NCBI GenBank assembly: GCA_963675855.1
Contig: OY776633.1
Coordinates: forward strand, 172,318-236,317
Direction: 5' to 3'
Length of the DNA: 64,000 nt
Source of the DNA: Christensenellaceae bacterium
GTDB taxonomy: Bacteria > Bacillota > Clostridia > Christensenellales > CAG-138
The notes under the pieces are model-generated. The model worked only from the letters and a program-made list of their open reading frames with translations. It was not told the DNA's origin and searched no databases. This document shows, piece by piece, positions 55,008 to 62,876 of the stretch (positions within the stretch are counted from its first letter, which is position 1; each line of letters starts with the position of its first letter). Both the position numbers and the translations under genes were made by a program.

Positions 55008-55015
55008 GCTAAATT

Positions 55016-55046
55016 AAACCGCCGGTCAATCCGGCGGTTTTATATT
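55016..55046. terminator. bidirectional intrinsic terminator (island / lgt)
   Basis: AAACCGCCGG-TCAAT-CCGGCGGTTT with T-rich flanks on both strands. Confidence 0.8.
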
Positions 55047-55053
55047 GTTTTGT

Positions 55054-56025
55054 CTATTCTTTTGTTTCCGGTTTTTCTTTCGGCTTCGCCTTGGGTTTCG
55101 CTGGTTTTTTCGGTTTAACGGGTGTTTCCGGTTTCGCCGGCGCTTCCGCTGCCTCCGGCTTTGGTTCTTCCGGGACCGCGGGCGTATCCGCCTGCGATTC
55201 ATCCTGCGCTTCGGACTTCTTCTTTTTCTTTTTCAGCTCTTCCTCCACCGGAATCGGCAGGTCGAGCACCGTCTTTTTCAATACGCCCGTTTTGGTCAGC
55301 ACGAGCAGCGCGATGCCGCCGAGAACGAGGAATATGCTGATGAACTGACTCGTGGACAGCGCGCCGACGAACCCGCGCTCGTCGTTGCGGAAGAATTCGA
55401 TGCCGAACCGCCACGCGCCGTAGAGCACCATGTACCACGCGGTGATGGTGCCGAACGGTTTCTTTTTGCTCAAAACCAGCACAAGAAATGCGCAGAGCAG
55501 GAATAAAAACCCGCTTTCGAGCAGCTGCGTCGGAATCAGCGGTACGCCGGCCGGCGCCAACCCGCCCGCGGGAAACGTGATGGAAATCGGCGTTTCGCAG
55601 GCGATGCCGTAGCAGCAGCCAGCAAAGAAGCAGCCGATGCGCCCGAACGCGTGTCCGAGCACGAGCGCGGGAACGAAATAGTCCGTCAGTGAAAAGAACG
55701 GGAACTTATGCTTCAGCGCGTAGACGGCTACGCCGCCGAGTCCGCCGATGAACGCGCCGTAGAACACGAACCCCTCGCGCAGGGTTTGTATCAGATAGCG
55801 CGGGTCGGCTGCGATCTGCCTCCATTCGACGATCCAGTAGAGGATCTTTGCGCCGAGGAAGCCCAGGATGATGGCCCAGAGCGCCGCTGAAAGCGCCTGA
55901 TCTTCCGAAAACCGGGTGTGCCTGCGCGTGAGCCACAAAAGAACAAACGCCGAGAGCATGCCGGTGGCGGACATGATGCCGTACATGGGCAGTGTCAGCC
56001 CGAAAACGTTGATGTATGGTAACAT
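55054..56025 (-). CDS. lgt: prolipoprotein diacylglyceryl transferase with K/P/E-rich C-terminal tail
   Basis: Polytopic membrane protein. HAFGRIGCFFAGCCYG matches the Lgt GR.G motif region. The last 75 aa or so are KKKKKKSEAQ...PKPEAAEAPAKPETPVKPKKPAKPKAKPKEKPETKE. Confidence 0.8.
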   Translation of the reverse strand: MLPYINVFGLTLPMYGIMSATGMLSAFVLLWLTRRHTRFSEDQALSAALWAIILGFLGAKILYWIVEWRQIAADPRYLIQTLREGFVFYGAFIGGLGGVAVYALKHKFPFFSLTDYFVPALVLGHAFGRIGCFFAGCCYGIACETPISITFPAGGLAPAGVPLIPTQLLESGFLFLLCAFLVLVLSKKKPFGTITAWYMVLYGAWRFGIEFFRNDERGFVGALSTSQFISIFLVLGGIALLVLTKTGVLKKTVLDLPIPVEEELKKKKKKSEAQDESQADTPAVPEEPKPEAAEAPAKPETPVKPKKPAKPKAKPKEKPETKE

Positions 56026-56086
56026 AGTTCTCCTTCAGTTTGGTCGAATTTGCCGCTGAACGAACGCCGCCGTTTTTTGAGCCAAA

Positions 56087-56428
56087 CTACATGATTTCCG
56101 GCAGGATGACATAGCGCCAGATACCTGTAGCCGAAAAGACGACAAATACCACGATCAGGACAAAACAGATCAGCGCGATAATGCCGGAGATCAGCCCGAC
56201 TACGCTGGTGACATAGCCGGCGGTGTTCATGCTGTTTTCCTTAAACCCGTTCGCCGCGGCGAACTTGCGGTTTGAACTGCTCACGGACAGGCCGACGATG
56301 GCGAGCACGAGGCCGACGATCGGAAACCAGGTGACGACCAGGCTCACGATGCCGAGCACCATCGCAGTGACGGATGATTTGTTGTGGGATTGCTGTTCGG
56401 GGGTCAACGGTGTTGAATTCTGTTCCAT
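56087..56428 (-). CDS. DUF4190-like small membrane protein
   Basis: 113 aa with two hydrophobic hairpins (MVLGIVSLVVTWFPIVGLVLAIVGL...). Confidence 0.6.
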   Translation of the reverse strand: MEQNSTPLTPEQQSHNKSSVTAMVLGIVSLVVTWFPIVGLVLAIVGLSVSSSNRKFAAANGFKENSMNTAGYVTSVVGLISGIIALICFVLIVVFVVFSATGIWRYVILPEIM

Positions 56429-56561
56429 AGCTGCGCCTCCTTATCGGATCGATGAGTGATGAATGATACCGGTGCGTCCAGGGCGTTTTAACGCCTGCTG
56501 GAACGGATACGATTGTATCACGATTTTTCTGCGGCGTAAAGCGAACCGTTGTTGTGCTTGA

Positions 56562-56590
56562 TTGACAAACCCATGCAAAAAAGATATCCT
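56562..56590 (+). promoter_or_regulatory. promoter candidate for leuS
   Basis: TTGACA (56562-56567), 17-nt spacer, TATCCT. Lies about 35 nt upstream of the leuS RBS. Confidence 0.4.
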
Positions 56591-56623
56591 ACATATTTAG
56601 ATAGTTTCGGAGGAAAGTGTACC

Positions 56624-59032
56624 ATGCAGGAGCGATACGACCCACAGGCAATCGAGACCAAATGGCAGAAAATCTGGACAGAAAGCCGTTGTTTCGAGGC
56701 GAAAACCGATCCAAAGCAAACGAAGTATTACCCGTTGATCGAGTTCCCATACCCGTCCGGGCAGGGGCTTCACGTCGGCCACCCGCGCCCGTTTACGGCG
56801 ATGGACGTCATCGCGCGCAAGCGCCGCATGGAGGGCTACAACGTGCTCTACCCTATCGGCTACGACGCCTTCGGCCTGCCGACGGAGAACTACGCCATCA
56901 AGACCGGCATCCATCCGGCCAAAGTAACGCACGACAACATCATACGCTTCAGAAGCCAGCTTCAACGGCTGGGCTATTCGTTCGACTATTCGCGCGAGGT
57001 CAACACCTCCGACCCGAATTACTATAAATGGACGCAGTGGATCTTTTTAAAATTCTACGAAAAAGGGCTTGCCTACAAGGCGGAGATTCCGATTAACTTC
57101 TGCACGAGCTGCAAGGTCGGCCTTGCCAACGAGGAGGTCGTTGACGGCGTTTGCGAGCGCTGCGGCGGCGAAGTCGTGCGCATGGTGCGCTCCCAGTGGA
57201 TGCTAAAGATCACGGCGTACGCCCAGCGGCTCATCGACGACCTCGATACCGTGGACTACCTCGAGAAGATCCGCGCGCAGCAGATCAACTGGATCGGCCG
57301 CAGCGAGGGCGCGCTGGTCGATTTTTCCATCGCCGGAACCGGCGACAAACTCACGGTCTACACCACGCGCCCGGACACGCTCTTCGGCGCGACGTATATG
57401 GTGGTCTCGCCCGAGCACCCGATGATAGAGCAGTATGCGGATAAAATCAAGAACCTCGACGCCGTGCGCGCGTATCAGAAAGCCGCCGCCGTGAAAAGCG
57501 ACTTCGAACGCAGCGAGCTGGTCAAGGACAAAACCGGCGTGCCGCTCGAGGGCGTGTTCGCCGTCAACCCCGTCAACAACGAAGAGATACCGGTCTGGAC
57601 GAGCGATTACGTACTCATGGGCTACGGCACCGGCGCGATCATGGCGGTTCCCGGGCACGACGAGCGCGATTACGCGTTTGCAAAGACGTTCGATTTGCCG
57701 ATCGTCGAGGTCGTCGCGGGCGGCGACATCGAATGTGAAGCGTATACCGACTGCGACAGCGGAACAATGGTCAACTCCGGCTTCCTCAACGGCATGGAAG
57801 TATCCGAGGCGATCCCGGCGACCATCGATTTTCTCGCCAAAGAAGGCGTCGGCGAGCGCAAGGTGAACTATAAACTGCGCGACTGGGTCTTCTCCCGCCA
57901 GCGCTACTGGGGCGAGCCCATCCCGCTGGTCTACTGTGAAAAATGCGGCTGGGTGCCGATTCCCTACGAGCAGCTGCCGCTGGAGCTGCCGATGCTAGAC
58001 GATTTTTCGCCCACCGACGACGGCAGCAGCTGCCTTGCCCGCGCAAAAAACTGGCTCCACACCACCTGCCCCAAGTGCGGCGGCGAAGCGACCCGCGAGG
58101 CGGACACCATGCCCAACTGGGCCGGTTCGAGCTGGTATTTTCTGCGCTACGCGGACGCGCACAACGACAAGGAATTCGCCTCACGCGAAGCGCTGGATTA
58201 CTGGACGCCCATCGACTGGTACAACGGAGGCATGGAGCACACCACGCTGCACCTTCTCTACTCGCGCTTCTGGCATAAGTTTTTGTTCGACCTCGGCCTC
58301 GTGCCGACAAGCGAGCCGTATATGAAGCGCACGAGCCACGGCATGGTGCTCGGCAGCAACGGCGAGAAGATGAGCAAATCCCGCGGCAACGTGGTCAACC
58401 CGGACGATTATATCCCCGTGTTCGGCGCAGACAGCTTCCGCACCTACATCATGTTCATGGGCGCGTTCGACCAGCCGATCCCCTGGAACGAGCAGGGCAC
58501 CCGCGGCTGCCGCCGCTTCCTCGACCGCGTCTGGGCGCTGCAGGGCATGGCGTCCGGCGAGGGCGATACCGACGCGGAGATGAAGAAAAAAATCCACGCG
58601 ACCATCAAGAAGGTCGGCGAGGACTACGAACGCATGAAGTTCAACACCGCCATCGCCGCCATGATGGCGCTGACCAACGATTTCTACGCCAAGGGTACGC
58701 TGACAAAAGAGGAACTGCACACGCTCGTGCTGCTGCTCGCTCCCGTCGCGCCGCACATCTCGGAAGAGATCAGCGAGGCGCTCGGCTACGGGCCGGTGCA
58801 CCACGCGCCCTGGCCGGTTTACGACGAGGCTGCGCTCGTCGAGGACGAGGTGGAATACGGCGTGCAGGTCAACGGAAAAGTACGCGCGCGCATAACGCTT
58901 TCCACGGTGCTGGACGTCAAAGAAATCGAAGCCGCCGCGCTCGCTTGTCAAGAGGTGCAGCCGTACCTGTCCGGCAAAACCGTGCGCAAGGTCATTGTCG
59001 TTAGAAACATCGTCAACATCGTCATCGGGTAA
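56624..59032 (+). CDS. leuS: leucine--tRNA ligase
   Basis: GGAGGAAAG RBS. MQERYDPQAIETKWQKIW, the HVGH (HIGH) motif and KMSKS are present; 802 aa. Confidence 0.97.
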   Translation: MQERYDPQAIETKWQKIWTESRCFEAKTDPKQTKYYPLIEFPYPSGQGLHVGHPRPFTAMDVIARKRRMEGYNVLYPIGYDAFGLPTENYAIKTGIHPAKVTHDNIIRFRSQLQRLGYSFDYSREVNTSDPNYYKWTQWIFLKFYEKGLAYKAEIPINFCTSCKVGLANEEVVDGVCERCGGEVVRMVRSQWMLKITAYAQRLIDDLDTVDYLEKIRAQQINWIGRSEGALVDFSIAGTGDKLTVYTTRPDTLFGATYMVVSPEHPMIEQYADKIKNLDAVRAYQKAAAVKSDFERSELVKDKTGVPLEGVFAVNPVNNEEIPVWTSDYVLMGYGTGAIMAVPGHDERDYAFAKTFDLPIVEVVAGGDIECEAYTDCDSGTMVNSGFLNGMEVSEAIPATIDFLAKEGVGERKVNYKLRDWVFSRQRYWGEPIPLVYCEKCGWVPIPYEQLPLELPMLDDFSPTDDGSSCLARAKNWLHTTCPKCGGEATREADTMPNWAGSSWYFLRYADAHNDKEFASREALDYWTPIDWYNGGMEHTTLHLLYSRFWHKFLFDLGLVPTSEPYMKRTSHGMVLGSNGEKMSKSRGNVVNPDDYIPVFGADSFRTYIMFMGAFDQPIPWNEQGTRGCRRFLDRVWALQGMASGEGDTDAEMKKKIHATIKKVGEDYERMKFNTAIAAMMALTNDFYAKGTLTKEELHTLVLLLAPVAPHISEEISEALGYGPVHHAPWPVYDEAALVEDEVEYGVQVNGKVRARITLSTVLDVKEIEAAALACQEVQPYLSGKTVRKVIVVRNIVNIVIG

Positions 59033-59050
59033 GCAAAAAGAAAGCAATAT

Positions 59051-59083
59051 AAAAACGGCGCGGATTTCTCCGCGCCGTTTCGG
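59051..59083. terminator. bidirectional intrinsic terminator (leuS / MFS gene)
   Basis: AAACGGCGCGGA-TTTC-TCCGCGCCGTTT. Confidence 0.8.
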
Positions 59084-59096
59084 TTGGCTTGTTTCG

Positions 59097-60284
59097 CTAT
59101 GCCGCAGCGGTCTCTTTCTTTCCGAATCCCGTCCTTCGGTTGCAGATCAGAATGCTCGCATACAGCGCGATAAGGCACGCCAGCAGATAATAAGGAAATC
59201 CGCCGAATCCGGCCCCCTGCCCGACCCAGCCGACGAGCGGCGGCATCACCGTGCTGCCGATATAGGCCGACGCCATCTGAAGGCCGATGACCGCCTGTGA
59301 ATACCCCCTGCCGAAGCGTTTCGGCGTGATATGCAGCAGGTTGGGGAAGATCGGCGCGCACCCGAGGCCGAAGAGCAGAAGCCCCGCAAGCGCGAATCCC
59401 TGCGGCAGCGGCAGCGCAAGCAGACCCGCCCCGAGCGCCGCCAGCAGGATGCCGGAAAAGATGAGCGCGCGTTCTTTGATCCGCATCGCCAGAATGCCGG
59501 AGACCATGCGCCCGCCCATGATGCCGAGGAAAAACAGCGAACCCCATCCCGCGGCGACGCCGGGCTCGACGCTGCGCGCGCTGACGAAGTATGTCGCCGC
59601 CCAGAGCCCGACGGATGCTTCCGCCGCGCAGTAAAAGAAGAGCGACAGCACCGCGAAGAGAGCGCCGCGTTGTTTCATCGCCGCGCGGTTGCTCACGACG
59701 ACCGGCTCGCCGATCAGTTCGTCCGGCCCGGCGCGTGATACCTTCGCCCAGAGCGGCAGCGTTATTATCATCACGAGCGCGAGTGAAAACTGAATGATGG
59801 ATACCGTGCGGAATCCGCCGTGCCAGTTGTTGCCCCGCATCAGATAATACGATACGATCAGCGGGCTGACGCTCGCGCCGACGCCCCAGAAGCCGTGCAA
59901 AAAGCTCATATGGCTCGCCTTGTAATGCAGGGCGACGTAGTTGTTCAGCGCCGCGTCGATCGCGCCGCCGCCGAGCCCCAGCGGAAGAGCAAGCAGCAAA
60001 ATCGCAGCGAAACTGCCGGTAAACGAAATACCGAGCAGCGCGCTCGCGGTCAGCAGCACGCACGCGGCGGTTACACGCCCCGTGCCGAAGCGGCGGATCA
60101 CGCGCACCGAAACGAGGCTCGAGATCACCGTTCCGGTCGTGACGACGACGGACACGATCCCCGCAAAGGAGATTGGAACGCCGAGCTGTGCATAGGCCGC
60201 GGGCCACACCGCCCCGAGCATGGAGTCCGGCAAGCCGAGGCTGATGAACGCCAGATAGATGATAACGAGTAAAACAGTAGCCAT
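59097..60284 (-). CDS. MFS transporter
   Basis: 395 aa, 12 TM segments, with a G..RRFG.GR-like loop between TM2 and TM3 (VIRRFGTGR). Confidence 0.8.
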   Translation of the reverse strand: MATVLLVIIYLAFISLGLPDSMLGAVWPAAYAQLGVPISFAGIVSVVVTTGTVISSLVSVRVIRRFGTGRVTAACVLLTASALLGISFTGSFAAILLLALPLGLGGGAIDAALNNYVALHYKASHMSFLHGFWGVGASVSPLIVSYYLMRGNNWHGGFRTVSIIQFSLALVMIITLPLWAKVSRAGPDELIGEPVVVSNRAAMKQRGALFAVLSLFFYCAAEASVGLWAATYFVSARSVEPGVAAGWGSLFFLGIMGGRMVSGILAMRIKERALIFSGILLAALGAGLLALPLPQGFALAGLLLFGLGCAPIFPNLLHITPKRFGRGYSQAVIGLQMASAYIGSTVMPPLVGWVGQGAGFGGFPYYLLACLIALYASILICNRRTGFGKKETAAA

Positions 60285-60453
60285 GCGCGTATTTTAACGG
60301 GTTTTAACGCGTTTGAAAAGAGCGGCGTATTACATCGGCGCGATAGTGCTGAAAACGGATGGAATCGTTTTAAAACGGGCCACCCTCGCGCTTTCACAAA
60401 AAAGTTGCCTTTCACGCGTGGTTTTTCCGCCGCGCGTGCGGTATACTCGCACT

Positions 60454-61254
60454 ATGCATCAGAAGCCTCCGAAACAATCCGCCCCGCCTGCGACAAAGGG
60501 CAAAAAAATCGCAGCTATCGTGTCGGTCGCGGTGTTTTTCATCGTGCTCGCGCTGCTGACCATCTTCGTCGGCGGGCCGATCGTAAAGACGCTCGGCGAT
60601 CCGGCGTCTTTCCGCGCCTGGGTGGACGAACGCGGCGCGTGGGGGCGCGTGCTGTTCGTGGGCGTCATGGCGCTGCAGGTGATCATCGCGTTCATCCCCG
60701 CCGAGCCGCTGGAGCTCGCCGCGGGTTATGCGTTCGGCACGCTCTGGGGCACGCTTCTTGTTTGGATCGGGCTCGTAATCGGCACCACGATCGTCTTTGT
60801 CTTCGTACGCAAGATCGGCGTGAAAGCCGTCGAGGTATTCTTTCCGCGCGAGAAGATCGATTCGGTGAAATACCTCAACAACGAAAAAGCGCTCAACGCC
60901 ACAGCGTTCGTACTGTTTCTGATCCCCGGCACGCCGAAGGACCTGTTGACCTATGTCGCGGGGCTGACGAAGATACGGCTTATGCCCTGGATCGTGCTCA
61001 CGAGCGTCGCGCGGATCCCGTCCGTGCTGACCTCCACCATCAGCGGCAACGCTCTGGGACTTGAAAAATACGGACTGGCCATCATCGTGTTCGCCGCGAC
61101 CGGCCTGGTCTCCGGCGTGGCGTTCCTGCTCTACCGCCGCAATCAGCGGCGCCGCGCACTCAAAACAGCGGGAGAGAAGCTGGCTTCAGAGCCGCTTCGT
61201 GAAGCCCCTTCCGCCGACGGCGGCGAACAGGACCGTTCGGAAAAACAAGACTAG
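60454..61254 (+). CDS. TVP38/TMEM64 (DedA-related) family membrane protein
   Basis: FIPAEPLELAAGYAFG and LIPGTPKDLLTYVAG motifs. The first in-frame ATG after the upstream GTG is at 60454, with TATACT 6 nt upstream and no Shine-Dalgarno sequence. Confidence 0.75.
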   Translation: MHQKPPKQSAPPATKGKKIAAIVSVAVFFIVLALLTIFVGGPIVKTLGDPASFRAWVDERGAWGRVLFVGVMALQVIIAFIPAEPLELAAGYAFGTLWGTLLVWIGLVIGTTIVFVFVRKIGVKAVEVFFPREKIDSVKYLNNEKALNATAFVLFLIPGTPKDLLTYVAGLTKIRLMPWIVLTSVARIPSVLTSTISGNALGLEKYGLAIIVFAATGLVSGVAFLLYRRNQRRRALKTAGEKLASEPLREAPSADGGEQDRSEKQD

Positions 61255-61274
61255 CGGATATTGCGTCCGTCGAA

Positions 61275-61299
61275 CGCCCGCGTCAGCGGGTATTTTTTT
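61275..61299 (+). terminator. intrinsic terminator of the TVP38-family gene
   Basis: CCCGC-GTCA-GCGGG followed by TATTTTTTT. Confidence 0.7.
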
Positions 61300-61434
61300 C
61301 GCGCCAAACGCGTTTTCGGCAAATTTGCGCCGCTTTTTTTGCAATCAATACCGCCGCATCATGCAGCGCGTCAAAGCATTCGCACGATTTCGGTTGTATA
61401 GATATTCCGCGTTCGATCGTGCATATTCACGTTT

Positions 61435-61506
61435 CTATCCACATCATCCACATACTTATCCACATTTAATATCGTTATTTTACGCGCTTTTGATCAGTTT
61501 TCCACA
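61435..61506. promoter_or_regulatory. cluster of four same-orientation DnaA boxes between convergent terminators
   Basis: CTATCCACA (61435-61443), TCATCCACA (61444-61452), a perfect TTATCCACA (61456-61464), and TTTTCCACA (61498-61506). Confidence 0.6.
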
Positions 61507-61683
61507 TTTTACATATTGAATACAAATCGTTTTTTTAGGTGTGATGTTATGAAATTTATACTCCGAACACACATGGACTATGCAAATATGTCAAAACTGT
61601 GTCGCCTTCATTTTGCAAGATCGGCTGTAAAACCGTACAACACCGCGTGTGTTTTTCTGCGGAACCCGTCTCCTTCTTCATGT

Positions 61684-61714
61684 AAAAAAAGCGCCGCGGC
61701 TTTCGCCGTGCGCC
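61684..61714 (-). terminator. intrinsic terminator of tsaD
   Basis: On the minus strand: a GC-rich imperfect hairpin (GCGCACGGC-GAAA-GCCGCGGCGC) followed by T7. Confidence 0.6.
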
Positions 61715-61742
61715 CCTGTTTTCCTCTTCCAGTACCGGAATA

Positions 61743-62834
61743 TTACGAAATCCCGGTTTCCTCTTCGATCGAAAGGTACGGCACGGCGTTGAGCGAAAAA
61801 TCGTCCGTCTGGCCGCGCACCAGTTTTGCGTACGCCGCGCTGCCGACCATGGCGGCGTTGTCCGTGCAGTACGCCATATCCGGGCAGTAGAACGAAATGT
61901 TTTCCTCATTCGCACGCTTCTCCAGCGCGGCGCGGAGCGCGCGGTTGGCGGAAACGCCGCCCGCGAGCGCGATCTTCTTTGCCGCTTCGCCTTTCTGCAT
62001 CTGCGCCGCGCGAATCGTCTTGTCCGTAAGGATATCCACGACGGTCTTTTGAAACGACGCGGCCAGGTCGGCCCGGTCGATGGATTCTCCTGCCTGTTCG
62101 GCGTTATGCAGGCGGTTGACAAGCGCGGTTTTGATTCCCGAAAAGCTGAAATCAAACCTGTCGCCTTCGTTGAACGCGGAATGGAAGCGGTAACGGTCCG
62201 GATCCCCATCCCGCGCGAGCCGTTCAAGGTTCGGTCCGCCGGGATAGGGCAGGCCGAGCACGCGCGCGACCTTGTCGAACGCCTCGCCCGCCGCGTCGTC
62301 GCGCGTGCGACCGATCAGGCGGTAACGCCCGTAGTCCTCGACGACGATGATATGGCTGTGCCCGCCGGACGCCACGAGGCAGGTAAACGGCGGCTCCAGC
62401 TCTGGAAAGCTCAGATAGTTCGCCGCGATGTGCGAGGCGATGTGGTTTACGCCCAGAAACGGCAGACCGGCGGCATACGCAAGCCCTTTTGCGTAGCTCA
62501 GCCCCACGAGCAGCGCGCCGACGAGCCCCGGCCCGTTGGTCACGGCGACCGCATCCATGTCGACGAGCGAAACGTCCGCTTCGTCCAGCGCGCGGCGCAC
62601 GACAGGGCCGATCTTCTGCACATGGCTGCGCGAAGCGATCTCAGGCACGACGCCGCCGTAAGGCGCGTGCAGCGCGATCTGCGTATGCACCACGCTGCTG
62701 ATCACCTGCCGCCCGTTTTTCACGACCGCGGCGGCGGTTTCGTCGCACGATGTTTCGATCGCGAGGATACGCACGTCCGGCTTTTGCCGGATGTTATTCA
62801 GTTTTTCCCGCGCGGCGCGTTCGTAACGTGTCAT
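61743..62834 (-). CDS. tsaD: tRNA N6-adenosine threonylcarbamoyltransferase
   Basis: ILAIETSCDETAAAVV, HIASHI (His metal-ligand region), LASGGHSHI. The N-terminus is about 20 aa longer than usual, so the start is uncertain. Confidence 0.9.
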   Translation of the reverse strand: MTRYERAAREKLNNIRQKPDVRILAIETSCDETAAAVVKNGRQVISSVVHTQIALHAPYGGVVPEIASRSHVQKIGPVVRRALDEADVSLVDMDAVAVTNGPGLVGALLVGLSYAKGLAYAAGLPFLGVNHIASHIAANYLSFPELEPPFTCLVASGGHSHIIVVEDYGRYRLIGRTRDDAAGEAFDKVARVLGLPYPGGPNLERLARDGDPDRYRFHSAFNEGDRFDFSFSGIKTALVNRLHNAEQAGESIDRADLAASFQKTVVDILTDKTIRAAQMQKGEAAKKIALAGGVSANRALRAALEKRANEENISFYCPDMAYCTDNAAMVGSAAYAKLVRGQTDDFSLNAVPYLSIEEETGIS

Positions 62835-62876
62835 ATCGCCAGTCCCAACCCGGTTCCGTTCGCGGCAGCCGAACGG

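Noticed and set aside
52860-55010. AT-rich island considered as a transposon or prophage remnant
   Set aside because: I could see no transposase, integrase or recombinase ORF, no terminal inverted repeats, and no flanking tRNA or direct repeats. The internal paralogy fits a cassette array better.
56429-56623. T-box leader upstream of leuS
   Set aside because: The promoter candidate is only about 35 nt from the RBS. I see no specifier-loop, T-box sequence or terminator/antiterminator pair.
61300-61684. DnaA-box cluster considered as the chromosomal origin (oriC)
   Set aside because: There is no dnaA, dnaN or rpmH nearby, only four boxes are present, and I can point to no obvious AT-rich unwinding repeats. 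The boxes sit between convergent terminators, which fits a secondary DnaA-box cluster better. GC-skew analysis of the whole genome would settle it.
61516-61890. 124-aa plus-strand ORF in the tsaD-downstream gap
   Set aside because: It has no RBS, its second half is antisense to the tsaD 3' end, and it crosses the tsaD terminator. The translation has no recognisable features.
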